A DNA stretch of 64,000 nucleotides from Octopus vulgaris (GCA_951406725.2 OX597821.1:13640001-13704000); one strand, 5' to 3'; numbered from the stretch's first letter, positions 43,300 to 57,970 are shown. Made by a program: numbers and translations. Notes: generated by a model from the sequence alone, not told the origin.

Positions 43300-43790
43300 T
43301 AATAATTCCAAAAGCAAGACCGAAACGATTGGAAGGAGTGACCGAAAATGAGAATTGCAAAATCTTGTGGGATACAATGATCGTGCGATCACTTGACCAG
43401 ACATCAGGAGCCGGACTGTTGTGGTGAATGAAAAAGAAAGAACATGTATGATAATCGACATAGCATGCCCCGGTGACAACAAGACCAATGTGAAAGAAGG
43501 AAAAATAAACAACTATGACGGTTTGAAGGGGGAAATACGAATGAGAGTAGAGGTGATACCAATAGTAATTGGCGCACTTAGAAGTTTTAGCACTCAGGTA
43601 GCGACATGGCTGCAAAAGATTGATGCAAGTGTGCAGGTAGAGCATCTACAAAAATCAGCATTGCTTGGAGCTGCAAGATTTCTTCGCAGGGTTCTTGAAG
43701 CACGACCAGCAAACAAGTGTCACCTTAGTATGTTAGCTGTGGACAGCTGACACTTTCCATCACACCCAGCAAAATAAGCTGTGAGTTTTA
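43300..43790 (+). mobile_element. R4/Dong-like non-LTR element 3' end (REL endonuclease)
   Basis: ENENCKILWD...VVVNEKERTCMIIDIACPGD...VIPIVIGAL...EHLQKSALLGAARFLRRVLE. Confidence 0.9.
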
Positions 43791-43845
43791 TGATAATAAC
43801 AAGAAGAAGAAGAAGAAGAAGAAGAAGAAGAAGAAGAAGAAGAAG

Positions 43846-43877
<32 letters not shown>

Positions 43878-44875
43878 AAACAACAGCAGCAGATATCCAC
43901 TGAAATAAACTACCACCAGCAAGCCGCGTATCCAACGCGTATACAACACACAACACACAACACCAACACCAATACAACAAAAGACTGCACCACACCTCAA
44001 AAACAAAAGAGAAAGGAAAAACTGATGCAATACAATACCGGGAAGAGTTTGCACACACCCAACAACAACAAAAATAACACACAATGCTGCACACACCCCA
44101 GCAGGTGACGCAGCAGGTAATTTGACTGAAATTACCAAACGATGAACAATGCTAATAATACTGATAATGGTGACGACGACGACGATGATGATGGTGGTGG
44201 TGGTGGTGGTGGTGGTGGTGATCATCATCATCATGAAGGAGAAGAAGAAGAACGGGATCTTTTCTATTCTGAAGCCAGTTTTTTCAAATTTTTCCTACTG
44301 AACCAAACAATTTGAAACTTCGTATACTGGTAGAATGTGTCAAAAGTAAACTTAATTGTAAACCAGAATGAAAACGGAATTGTAACTTCTAAGTTTAACG
44401 TTGTTTAATAATTAGAATTTTAACCAATGATATTCCGTCATTCGGCTTTATTTTATTTACTCCGTCTCGACCACCAATTTCGTGACGTATTAAACAATGT
44501 AAACAAGCTATAGGCAGCCACCTTCTAATAACAAAAGTTTGTCTTTGAAGTTACCGTCTAGGGGAAGCATTGATGTACATGTGTGTGTGTGTGTGTTTGA
44601 TGGGGTGTGGGAGACAGTATGTTGTGTAAGTGAAGTGCTTCTGTTAGTGTGTGTGAAGAGACAGAGAGAGTAATGTGTGAAAGAGAGAGATAACTGAAAT
44701 TTTTTACTCGGTGTATGTGTATATGCCTGAATGTATGTGTGTATGTATCTGTGTATGTGTATGTATGTATGTATGTATGGTCGATTCAATGTAATTTTTT
44801 ACACATACTTACACACACACACACACATACATACACACACACATGCAGACATACATATACACATACACCGAGTAA

Positions 44876-44935
<60 letters not shown>

Positions 44936-44940
<5 letters not shown>

Positions 44941-45210
44941 TTTATAAAAATATGGTAAAGTAAAAAAATTACTTAACCACACACCGAGCTTTTTAGAAAT
45001 AGCAGCCAAAAATTTCTCAACTGCAAGAAAAAGTCTCCCAGACAATGCATACTCAGAAATAATTCACATACGTATAAGAGAAAAACAACGAAAAATCACA
45101 TGGATTCTCCGATATAAGTTATAAACATATGGATTCTCCGATATAATTTATAAAAATATGGTAAAGTAAAAAAATTACTTTACCACACACAAAGCTTTTT
45201 AGAAATAGCA
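44936..45210. repeat. ~70-bp direct repeat (44936-45003, 45143-45210) next to (TA)n
   Basis: taatttataaaaatatggtaaagtaaaaaaattactt.accacacac..agcttttt.gaaatagcag occurs twice. Confidence 0.85.
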
Positions 45211-45658
45211 GACGTCACAAAACTGCTTTCAACGTCACACTAACAGATCGCAGTAACGTTTTAGATATGAAAACAAGCAATCTCATTGGTTAAAATTCGC
45301 AGTTTTAATCTACGATTAAAGTCATAAAATAGATTTTTCTCAAATAAACTAGTTCCAACTGGCGAATAAACTAGTTCCACTCTATGAGTACACAAAGTTT
45401 CAAATTATTTAGTTAACTAGAAAGATCTGGGGTCCTGGCCACAAATTTGAAAAGATCCGAAGAACGTCTATAGTGTTTACACACACATATACACACATAC
45501 AAACGTACATGTGTACACACAAGTACCCACGTGAGTCTTAAGTAGAGGCTATCATAAACATTTATGTTAATATATTTGTCGGTGAATTGGTACTAGAGCA
45601 TACACATCAGTGTTGGGGTGTGTGTGAGTGTTGATATATACGTGTGCGTTCGTGCGTG

Positions 45659-45749
<91 letters not shown>

Positions 45750-46164
45750 ACACATATACATGTACGAACATTAGAAAAGTGGGGACTAGGCGTATTATTG
45801 CTGTCTGTAAGAGGCTGAAATATTTGCCGTAATTACTACACATACTTTTGAAACTTTACCCGACTCGGTGCCGTGTGTATGTTACTACAGCTATGAGCTA
45901 TTGTGAACGGAGTAATAAATACAACGAATCGCATGCATTAATACATACACACCCATGCATTTGCTCATAGATATTATTTATATACATACAGGTAAGTAAA
46001 TATATATGCATACATGTAAATAGATATACACACAGTCTTTATTAGAGAAGCACAGAGCTGATGCACGAATTGCTTTCTTTCTGTACCTCTCTCTTCTCTC
46101 TTTTTCCCTATGCGTCTCTATGTGTATATATGTGTGTGTATATATATGTAGGTATGTATATGCA

Positions 46165-46228
<64 letters not shown>

Positions 46229-46564
46229 TGTATGTATGTATGTATGTATGTATGTATGTATGTATGTATGTATGTATGTATGTATGTATGTATGTATGTA
46301 TGTATATAGAATTACAAATACAGAACACAAGGAGAAAAAGTTGGACCAAAGTAGAGTAAACGGGAAACTAGACGAAAAATTAACGGACGGGGAATGTAGA
46401 CAAAGACATGATACACGGAATATACGCAGCTGAATTTTCTTCATTAGTAAATGAACCAAAACATCATCGTGGTTTCGCACCATTATCATTGAGAGCACTC
46501 AATCTTGGAGGTGCCAGTGCTGCTAAATATATATATATATATACATACATGCTTACACACCTTA

Positions 46565-46735
46565 TTAAAACAGAAAAAAGTCTTCACAGACTGTTACACA
46601 GAGTTTCACGTTACCGTTCGTCAGGCAGTTGTGATGATGCTAAATTAAAATTTTAATTTAGTATGATTACAACTGTTTGACAAACGGCAACCTGAAATTC
46701 TGAGTAACAGTTTGTGAAAATTCTTTGACTTTAAA
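46565..46735. mobile_element. Palindromic element centred at 46650/46651 with a hammerhead in each arm
   Basis: Centre ctaaattaaaa|ttttaatttag; arms complementary over ~70 bp. Confidence 0.88.
46590..46629 (-). ncRNA. Minimal type I hammerhead ribozyme (degenerate mirror copy on + at 46671-46712)
   Basis: ACUGC CUGACGA ACG-guaa-CGU GAAA C-ucugu-G UA^ ACAGU; two-arm consensus aactgt CTGACGA acggcaacgt GAAA ctctgag TA acagtt. Confidence 0.8.
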
Positions 46736-46841
46736 AATTACATATTGCTCTACTTTTAGTATTCGGGTACTATTTTTTCCTAACTTGTTTTGCATTTATG
46801 TGCTTACTCGTGACTCGTGTGTACATACATGGACATACATA

Positions 46842-46896
<55 letters not shown>

Positions 46897-46900
46897 CAAT

Positions 46901-47196
46901 AAACGTCGCCCTTATCAAGCCTTTCCAGGCTCATGGGCCAGGTTTCCCGGTTTCTGTGGCGTATGTGTTCCCCCCAGCTGCACCGGACGCTAGTCGATCG
47001 CAGCGTTATCCAAGAAACAGGAAGAAAAAGTGAGAGAAAGTTGGGGCAAAAGTGTACAACAGGGGTCGCCACCATCCCCTGCCGGAGCTTCAGGTGCTAT
47101 CGCTGAATAAACACACACAACGCCCGGTCTGGGAATCGAAACCGCGATCCTCCGACCGCGAGGCCGCTACACTAACTACTGGGCCAATGCGCATCC
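46901..47196 (-). mobile_element. SINE family C, short-tail form
   Basis: Reverse complement of the 2515-2820 family. Confidence 0.85.
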
Positions 47197-47256
47197 GCAC
47201 ATACATACATACATATAAATGCATGTATGTATATATATATATATATGTGTGTGTGG

Positions 47257-47481
47257 TCTGGCAGAAACGTTAGCACGTCGGGCGAAATGCGTAGCTGTAT
47301 TACGTCTGCCGTTACGTTTTGAGTTCAAATTCCGCCGAGGTCAACTTTGCCTTTCATCCTTTCGGGGTCGATAATTAAAGTACCAGTTTCGCACTGGGGT
47401 CGATGCAATCGACTTAATCCCTTTGTCTGTCCTTGTTTGTCCCCCTCTGTGTATACCCCCTTGTGGGTAGTAAAGAAATAA
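47257..47481 (+). mobile_element. SINE family A
   Basis: Head through tail. Confidence 0.9.
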
Positions 47482-47808
47482 GTATGTGTATATTGCGTGT
47501 ATATATAAATAACAAAAATGATTTGTCGGTGTCTGGCGATGGCACGTGGCAAGCGAGCAACCTCTCGTGGCTGGTGCAACAGTGTAAAAGAATTCGCTGC
47601 TCGTTATTGTCGTCAGTACTGAATCTTACCCGGTATGTGATACTTTACAATTGAAATCTATCTGCAAGGGTTAGGGGGCACGGGGGTAAATAATAAGGGT
47701 GGGCAAAGAAGCGAGAAATGGAGAAGAATGAATACGATAGTATGACGAGCAACACGCGCTATTTGAATAGGGGGGGGCTAGGAATGTTATTGCTCATATA
47801 TACACCAG

Positions 47809-47890
<82 letters not shown>

Positions 47891-48734
47891 GGTTTTACTC
47901 TTGTCTTCGAAAGTAATATAATATAACCGTTGCTATGAGAAACGAAGTATTGTTGATGAGAAATAAATCTTCAAAGACTGCAGATTGCCCTGCTTGGGTT
48001 TCTGTCAGCTTCTTTTAAAACAAATCTGTAGACTTTTATGTGCTCACTCGATTTGCTAGAAATAACAGTTGAATTTCTTTCAAATTAATCGCACCTTAAT
48101 GTATGAAAGGGTGACGCACAAACGGGAAATAAATAAAGAAAGAAAGAAAGAAAAAGAACGTGTTGAGAGCGGCTTATACACATAAAATCTGATTAACGAT
48201 GATGATAGTGATGATAATAATAAGGAGGAGGAGGAAGATGAGGAGGATAATGATGGCAAAGTTAATGACCATGATTCCCTCTGATCCTTCTTCTTCTAAC
48301 TGTGCCCTTAAAAAGGTCCTACTGAAATCTCTATGTTCTAACAGCAGATAAAATTCGGTGTATGGATGGGGATCGGGAATCTCGTTGAAAGTGAATTCCA
48401 CATCTGGAAGATGAGGAGCGCCTACTTACACTAGTGTTATTTGATTGTCACAATTTTTTTGTGGTTTCGCAGCGACCGATAAAATAAATACCAAAGTTTA
48501 AAAAATGTGCGCTGAGGTAGATTTGTTCAACCAAACCAGTTTTCCTCACCGATGTTTTGCCTCTAAAACCTTTTGATCCTTAATTTACTCTGCTGGACCT
48601 CCGTAGCCATTTTGATTCGCATTAAAAAACATCCTATTGCATTTTTATAATTAAATATTATTAGGAATTGTATTTAAAAAAAATATATTTTGTATATTGT
48701 AGAAGTTTAAGCAATTTTAACAAGAAAATCATAT

Positions 48735-49125
48735 AGGCGCAGGAGTGGCTGTGTGGTAAGTAGCTTGCTTACCAACCACATGGTTCCGGGTTCAGTCCCA
48801 CTGCGCGGCATCTTGGGCAAGTGTCTTCTGCTATAGCCCCAGGCCGACCAATGCCTTGTGAGTGGATTTGGTAGACGGAAACTGAAAGAAGCCTGTCGTA
48901 CATATATATGTATATATATATGTGTGTGTGTATTCGTGTCTGTGTTTGTCCCCCTAGCATTGCTTGACAACCGATGCTGGTGTGTTTACGTCCCCGTCAC
49001 TTAGCGGTTCGACAAAAGAGACCGATAGAATAAGTACTGGGCTTACAAAGAATTTGCTCGACTAAAGGCGGTGCTCCAGCATGGCCGCAGTCACATGACT
49101 GAAACAAGTAAAAGAGTAAAGAGAG
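48735..49125 (+). mobile_element. SINE family B, full length
   Basis: ggcgcaggagtggctgtgtggtaag...gaaacaagtaaaagagtaaa. Confidence 0.9.
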
Positions 49126-49939
49126 TATGAACTCCCAATGGCCATGTGGACTCCGGTTGAGAACTCCGGAACTAAACCCTTGAAGGTAGAGTATGAAACA
49201 AGTAGAAAATAAAAGTTGTAATTCGAGGGAAATTTGACTGCTAATTCCTTGGCTCCAAATAAATGACTGCAACGTTAAATTTCGCTTCTAAATTCTTGCA
49301 ATTCTTCAGCCTGATTCTAATCCTGACTCTACTCAGTGTCTTAGATTATCACTCTGTTATCTTACCGTAGCGCAATACAACACACAGCCCAATTAACAAA
49401 ACAGAAACATAAAAATAAAAGAAAAGAAAAGATAGAAACAGAAGAACAAAAGACTGCTAAAATTTATTTCTTGAGAAAATTGCGTAGCAATTTCCTGATT
49501 ATGGAAGCTTCAATTGAAACCATGCGCCAGTTTGATGTGATTATTTGAAACAAATATTTTAAACGTGTTTAGTATTAAACGAAGCGGAGCTTGATGATAT
49601 TATTAAAAGTATACGTGAGAGTATAAAAAAGAAATTAGCTTATACGATTTGTATTCGTAAATTATCTCAATGTAATCAAGCATTCACCATACAATCCAAG
49701 GTTAATTATCGGTAAACTTAATTGAATACACACATACACGTGTACATGTATGTATGTATGTTTGTATGAAAGTATACACACACACGATATGCATATAGCG
49801 GCAAAAGAGACCGATAGAATAAGTACTAGGCTTGCAAAGACTAAGTCCTAGGGTCGATTTCTTCGACTAAAACCAGTATGACCGCAGTCAAATGACTGAA
49901 GCATGTAAAAATATTTTTAAATAATGAATAAATAAATAT

Positions 49940-50545
49940 ATATAAAATAAGATCTATGGTGAAAAAGCACAGAAATCTATTTTGTGTAAATAAAGATTAT
50001 TTAATCCATTACAATATGTACAGCGACGACTGGTTTCGCTTCGCTAATTATGACTCAGTGTTATGAAATCATAAGTTTTTGAGTTAATCTTGCGTAGAAG
50101 CAGGTATGATACAGTTTTGCGGTTATACAGGAGTGTATAGCTCAAGGGGGATAATCATTGATTATAATGTTTTTTAGCAAAAGGGATAATTAGTGGATAT
50201 GATATTTCTTAGTTAAGAGAATATAAATCTTTTTTCCTATTTTTTCGGGTTGTTTTTTTTTTTTTGTTAAGTCCACTCATCTTAAGTTCTGATTTGTATT
50301 TTTCAATAAATGTAGCCTCTTTATTTTGTCATTGTTGAGTTGAGGTCCTTTCCGTACATTGGTATAATGGGATTATTGTGGTTGGCGCTCCTTAGCACAT
50401 TTGTCTATGTGACCAGTGAGTAATATTTGACGGTATCAGGAGTGGTAGATTTGTTATGTGTAAGGTGGATCTACGTCTTAGGGACATTCTGGTTGAACCT
50501 ATGTAGTTCTTACTGCAGCCGGAAATTTTATGGTGTGTGTATTTA
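49940..50545 (-). mobile_element. Penelope-like element 3' part: GIY-YIG endonuclease relic plus pLTR with hammerhead remnant
   Basis: IHTIK/SGCSKNYIGSTRMSLRRRSTLH...HIDKCAK...IIPLYQC...KEATFIEKYKSEL (50270-50540); downstream cttatga...GAAA ccag TC (50023-50080). Confidence 0.8.
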
Positions 50546-50622
50546 TATATAAATACTCATGTCACTAACGGACATGTTCAACTGGTTAAGGTCAAACAAA
50601 TTATTATTATTATTATTATTAT

Positions 50623-50679
<57 letters not shown>

Positions 50680-51235
50680 TGGTAGTGGTGGTGGTGGTAG
50701 TAGTATATCTATGTCACATTACTTGGCATTACCCTACAGTAGTGCTCCGCAACCATTTTCCCCCTTGTGGTACACTTATGTACTTTTCAAAATTCGGCGG
50801 CACACCTAAACTAAAAATGTAGCTAAAAGTATAGGGGAAAATATTATATTCAGGTTACACTGCAGCACACCTAGACAACCATATATATGTGCATGTATGT
50901 ATGTGTGGAGTACTGTCCCATAGTGACAAAACTATATTCACAGCATTATCTGTCGAAAGACAGGTAAGAATATGGTACGTACATGTTGGATGTGAGATAC
51001 AGCGAGGTGGCAGACAGTCTGGGATAACATACAAGACTTCGTTCATCAATTATATTCGCATAACGTTTCGTATGTCTTGTGTGGTATTTACACCGTGTTT
51101 TAAGTACGGGGTACAACATACGTATGTAATCGTCTTTGCCGTCGTCGTCGTCGTCATCATCATTATCCAGAACATTATCATCATCATCATTATCATCATC
51201 ACCATCATCATCATCATCATTATCATCATCACCAC

Positions 51236-51268
<33 letters not shown>

Positions 51269-51881
51269 TATCATCATCACCATCGCCATCATCATCATCA
51301 TCACCACCATCAACATCATCATCATCATCATCATCATTATCATCATCATCATCATCATCACCATCACCATCATCATCATTACCATCATCATCATCATCGT
51401 CATCATTATCATCAACAGTCTTTTGATGGTAATTAAGGATTCAGACATTTGCTCGTCTTCATTTTCTATTCTTCTTGTATTTTTACTTTCTTTTGCTTTT
51501 CTTTCTTTCTTTCTTTCTTCCTTTCTTTCCTGCTTTATCTTTCCTTCTTTACAGTTGTTTTTTTTTTCGTTTTAACTTCATACAATCTCTCTCACTCTCT
51601 CTCTCTCTTTCACTCTCCACTCCTCTGCCCCACCCTCCTGCTACTAACTATCTCCCTGCTAAACAGTATTTGCTTTCTACAGTGAAATGGTGAGAGAGTG
51701 GATGTGTCAAAAGAAACTAAACTATTTTGACAATTTTCACAAGAATAAAGATTCTGAGTTATTCCTTGATATGGGTAATGTGGGTGCCTGGTTGGCTGTG
51801 ATTACAGAAGAGAGAATGAGATACATGGGAGAGAGGAAGAGGGATTTAGAGAGTTGAGTACGCCTTCTCTCTGTATCTGTC

Positions 51882-51947
<66 letters not shown>

Positions 51948-52013
51948 TGTACATAGACATAAACACATACAGGTTTGTTAGACACACATAAATACATTTA
52001 TATAAATAAATAA

Positions 52014-52160
52014 ACGTCCCCATAACTTAGCGGTTCGGCAACGGAGACCGATAGAATAAGTACTAGGCTTACAAAGAATAAGTCCTGGGGTCGATTTGCT
52101 CGACTCAAAGGCGGTGCTCCAGCATGGCCACAGTCAAATGACTGAAATAAGAAAAGAATA
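52014..52160 (+). mobile_element. SINE family B, 3' half
   Basis: Family B tail. Confidence 0.85.
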
Positions 52161-52512
52161 TAAGTGTACTTATATTCTTTATACATATACATATATACAT
52201 AAGTACATGTACATGTGAGTATGTGTGTGTACGTGTGTGTATGTATACACATGTGTGTATGTATATAGATATGTACATGTATTATGTATAACTATAGATA
52301 AACAGACAGACAGAGAAAGAATAAGAGATAAATTAAGAGGGAGCCATAAACATACATTTTGTAAGGGATAAGACGAGTAGGGCTAGATAAATACTAGGAG
52401 GGAGATGATGATAGAGAAGGAATGTTTGGGAGCATTTGATGGGGAGATGAAGACAGAAGCTGTAAGTAAAGATAGGAATTCCATTGAGGGACAGAGCCAG
52501 TACTAGAGAGGC

Positions 52513-52549
<37 letters not shown>

Positions 52550-52921
52550 TGTGTGTGTGTGTGTGTATGAAAAGATAAGGAAGATTGAATGGATGAATAG
52601 ATGAATGGTATGAGAAGAGCGTCATGAGGGTGGATAGAGGTGGCGACTAGAAATAGTTAGTCTTTGAATACAGTATAGAAGGGGAGGAATGGTGAGAGAT
52701 TATATAGAGTGAAGGGAGTGGGAGAGGAGAAATAAAAAGTGGAAAAGAAAGAAAGAAAGAGTGTGATAGGATAGTAGAATAAGCATTACATTAGGTGAAG
52801 TTGAAGGTGGGGGAAAAAGTTTTGAAGATAAAAGTAGTGAAATAGTTTTGTGTTTAGAAGTAATGACGGGGTAGGAGTGAAATAGTCAGAGAAAGGGCAT
52901 GGTAAGAGTGTAAAGCGAAAA

Positions 52922-53205
<284 letters not shown>

Positions 53206-53223
53206 TTATTTATATATACATGC

Positions 53224-53263
<40 letters not shown>

Positions 53264-54565
53264 CATGTGTGTATATATATATAAAGAGAGAGAGAGAATA
53301 TAAGTAATGAACAAGGAATAATGGAAAAAGTATCAACATGTAGGATGAAGAAAAGAAAATATGAGAGAATGTTATAGAAAAAGGAAGCTTGTGAAGCAAA
53401 AGAAATCTTTGAAGAATATGAATAGAAATTAAAGAAAAGTGAGGGGAGAGAGAGAGAGATAAAGAAGACGAAGAACGGTTGTGTGTATGTAAATTATCAT
53501 CGTTTTGTGTGTGTATATGTGTGTGAGTGTGTGTGTGTGAGTGTGTGTGTGAGTGTGTGTGTGTGAAGCTAAGATGCAAATGACGGGAGTATGAGAGGCA
53601 GTTAAATAAATAGAGAAAAAAAAAACATGTGTGTATACAGATATAGATAGAAAGAAGGAAAGAGAGGGCACAGAGAGAGAGAGGGGGAGATGTGTGAGTA
53701 ACATAACTTAGTGAGTAGGTTGGGAGTATAAAAAAAAAATATGTAGAACCAAGTGGCTGCCATACTTAGAACTATGGGTCCCTGAGTATGTTTAGTTGAA
53801 AGACGAGAGGCAACTTCCATATTTAGGTACGGCCTAGCACGAAACAGAGGCTGCTTGTTGCAGTCAGATGGTGAGAAGGGCTTGTTGCTTTATCGGCCGT
53901 TCCCATCCCAAGTCCATGCTCCACTACAAACACTCGGGGCTCCGGACAAGGGAATAATAGTTAAATAACAACAACAACAACAACCACAGCGACAACAGCC
54001 TAAAGGAGCAGGGTTATTAACAGAGGCAACAGTCAGGAACTTATAGAAATTCATATACATATATATTTATATAGATATATGCACGAGAGTAAAGAGAGAA
54101 TCATAACTACGTTCGAGTTAAAAATATATATACATCCAAGATATATATTTTTGTGACATATGCTGTATAAACAAATATATATATATATATATATAGAAAA
54201 CCATACACTGTACACTGAGTGACAGATGGCCTAAGATATATATGTATATTATTTATAATTAGAATCAAAAGTCCTAAGCAATTACAAAGCAACAAGAACA
54301 GAAGATAAAGAAAAAAACGACGCTAAAATAGACACCGGAATTCAGTATTTTTTGCCTCAAGAGTATTTTGTCATCAAGGAATTTACTTCCCTTATTCTCT
54401 TTCTGTATATTTATCTATCGATCAAAAATCGATCTGTTTAATGAGTTTCTCAAGAAGCCGAAGTGGAATAAACAATCATCAAGGAGTTCTTCAATAGAAG
54501 TTCTCTCTCTCTTCTGTTGGTTATTTTACACATACCAAAGTTTGTTGTGACCTATCACCTCAACA

Positions 54566-54610
54566 ATGAGTACGACAAATAATTCGGAGACTTATGAATT
54601 TGATGCGGAG
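54566..54610 (+). CDS. Candidate first coding exon (MSTTNNSETYEFDAE), product unknown
   Basis: aacaATG context, 15 open codons, strong donor GAG|gtaggt, within TE-free unique DNA; no homology recognised and no downstream exon confirmed. Confidence 0.35.
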
Positions 54611-54888
54611 GTAGGTCATTATTGCCTCCTAATCCTCTAACCTAACTACTAACAATCTAAACACACTGTGCACCTTTTTGCTTGTTTCTCACTTTGTTTA
54701 CCTCTCTATCTCTCTCTGTATTTATCTATTTTAATCAATTCGTTTGATGATCTATCGTGAAACTATCTACTAATGTAATTCATCATTCCATCCATCTACC
54801 TATCCGTCTGTCTATCCTTCTATCTATTCATCTATCTATCTCTCTGTCTGGCTGGCTGGCTGGCTTTCAGTCTATCTACCTATTTATC

Positions 54889-54969
<81 letters not shown>

Positions 54970-55311
54970 TTCTCTTTCTTTCTTTTTAAATGTGTGTGCT
55001 GTGTATGTATATGTACTCTCAAGGCTTTATCGTTCTCTATTTGTCAAACCGCTGCAAAACGATGGAATGTAAATGCTACTCAAAACATAAGCATAAACCC
55101 GGACACACACACATATACACTCACTCACACATACATGGGTGTATCTATATATATATATATATACTACACACACACACACACGGCGAGTTTCTTCTCTGAT
55201 TCCAAATTCCGCTCGTTAAGTATTGGACAACCTGCAGCGACTTGATCCTGTGCAAAGGGATCAAGTCTAAAATTATATGATTGCAAATCGATCTTCCTAA
55301 CAACATTGTTA

Positions 55312-55403
<92 letters not shown>

Positions 55404-55473
55404 GTATGTCTGTCTATCTATCTACTCTATCTCCCTGTCTATCTACTTAGCTATTTATCAATCTATCTGTCTG

Positions 55474-55528
<55 letters not shown>

Positions 55529-55533
55529 GTCTA

Positions 55534-55582
<49 letters not shown>

Positions 55583-56034
55583 TTATATCTATCTATATGT
55601 ATATGAATATACATGCATATTACGGTACGTGTGCTTATATAAGTACGCCGTCTATTTAATAATCTTTCTCTCTAATTCTTATGCCTGCATCTCTCTCCCA
55701 TTATACGTTCCCGTCAGTCTCTCCAACCTACTCTCCTTTTCGGACTTCATATCCAAACTTTAACAAAATTTCTTCGTTGGTCTCAATGTTTTTTTTCAAA
55801 TTTCGTCTTTCTTTCTCTCAACACTTTCTCACTCACTTCTCTCTTTCTCTCTCTCTCTCTTTCTCTCTCGCTCACTCTCTCTCTCTCTCTCTCTCTCTCG
55901 TTCTCCTTTTCCTTCTTTCTATCTCTGCTCCTATATGTGTGCATTGCGTTGGTTCCTGTCCCGTGATTTAGCGTTCCGACAAACAGGATCCGATAAACTG
56001 CGTACTATGGCTACTGTACAAAGACTGAGACCTA

Positions 56035-56083
<49 letters not shown>

Positions 56084-56092
56084 TATGTATGT

Positions 56093-56137
<45 letters not shown>

Positions 56138-56273
56138 CATATATATGAATGTATGTATATATACACACATATATATATATACACACACATATATATACAC
56201 TCACATAAATATGTAAATATATATTGCATACACACGTACATAAACATACAAATATACATCCATTTATGCATTC

Positions 56274-56342
<69 letters not shown>

Positions 56343-56539
56343 AGTGTGTGCGTGTGTGTGTATGCTCTATCACCGAAAATTGAAACTTTACATGAAAAAG
56401 CTGTTTCAACTAACACAAACATACAAATCACAATATCTCACTTAAATATTCGCAGCAGAAATAAATAAACAAACATACACTGAATGAGATATATATACAC
56501 GCTTCCGTATGTGCTTGTGTGTGTGTGTACGTGTATGCG

Positions 56540-56599
<60 letters not shown>

Positions 56600-56666
56600 A
56601 TTTATTAAAGCTATCATATATATCCACGTACACGCACACATTCACACACTCATACATACATACATA

Positions 56667-56719
<53 letters not shown>

Positions 56720-56725
<6 letters not shown>

Positions 56726-57070
56726 TTCCGGGTTCAGTCCCACTGCGTGGCACCTTGGGCAAGTGTCTTCTACTATAGCCTCGGGCCGACCAAAGCCTTG
56801 TCAGTGGATTTGGTAGACGGAAACTGAAAGAAGCCCGTCGTATATATGTATATATATGTGTGTATGTTTGTGTATTGTGTTTGTCCCCCCCCCCCCCAAC
56901 ATCGCTTGACAACCGATGCTGGTGTGTTTACGTCCCCGAAACTTAGCGGTTCGGCAAAAGAGACCGATAGAATAAGTACTAGGCTTACAAAGAATAAGTC
57001 CTGGGGTCGAGTTGCTCGACTAAAGGCGGTGCTCCAGCATGACCACAGTCAGATGACTGAAACAAGTAAA
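56720..57070 (+). mobile_element. SINE family B, 5'-truncated, flanked by ~65-bp direct repeats
   Basis: gttatttattaa.gcta.catatatatccac.tacacgcacacattcacacactcataca at 56597-56655 and 57096-57155. Confidence 0.85.
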
Positions 57071-57149
57071 TGAGTGAGAGTATATATATATATATGTTAT
57101 TTATTAACGCTAACATATATATCCACATACACGCACACATTCACACACT

Positions 57150-57187
<38 letters not shown>

Positions 57188-57216
57188 CATATATATACAT
57201 ATATATATATATATAC

Positions 57217-57251
<35 letters not shown>

Positions 57252-57260
57252 CATACATAC

Positions 57261-57313
<53 letters not shown>

Positions 57314-57795
57314 TATACACGCTAATATGAGGATACACTCGTACTTCAAAGCATTACTATAGTAACTAAAATATTCAAAATAACACAGAAATATATACAG
57401 TCGCATTTACAAAATTGCAAATCTTCTTGAACACACGCGTAAAAAAAAAAAAGTCACACAAATAAGTACAAATAAAACAATGCAGATACAAACCGACTCA
57501 TACAACCGACACACACACACACGCGCGCACACTCGTGCATGTCTACATACATACCCAATGTTCTACTAACAAAAGGAATGTCGTGTGGTCTAATTATATC
57601 TTCTGCGAAGGAATTCTTCGTACATTCTCCGACCCCACTCACAGCTAACTTACTACACCAAACATACTAAACGCATCTTATGACAGACGGTACTGTCTGT
57701 CTGTGTGTGAGTGCGCGTGTTTAGGCGCGCGTGCGTCTGTCTACATATCGTGTAAAGTGCAGTATATACACATACATACATATATTATATGTATG

Positions 57796-57827
<32 letters not shown>

Positions 57828-57833
57828 GGCATA

Positions 57834-57970
57834 GACGTGACTAAAGTGGCTAAGGGTGCTAGCTGGCACCAGTATCACTAGAAATAATAGCCAAAACAAC
57901 TCTTACCCACTGACTGCTATTTCTAGCAATGCCGGTGCTAATTAGTAACTTTAGCCACTTTAGTGACGTC
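57834..57970. repeat. Imperfect fold-back with ~52-bp arms
   Basis: gacgtgactaaagtggctaa...ctagaaata / tatttctag...ttagccactttagtgacgtc. Confidence 0.8.

Noticed and set aside
44995-45005. tagaaatagca resembling the Cas9 sgRNA scaffold; CRISPR-like arrays
   Set aside because: Coincidental GAAA hairpin; no repeat-spacer array or cas gene, and the context is eukaryotic
45800-45895. Hammerhead-like ctgtaaga ggc...gcc gtaa
   Set aside because: Both core boxes are mismatched and helix III is ambiguous
48270-48410. Minus ORF DVEFTFNEIPDPHPYTEF, weakly like the RT motif FDVxSLFTNIP
   Set aside because: Too little similarity to call an exon or a TE
54566-54610. ETYEFDAE similarity to HSP90 ETFAFQAE
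   Set aside because: Short match and no following HSP90 exons in the window
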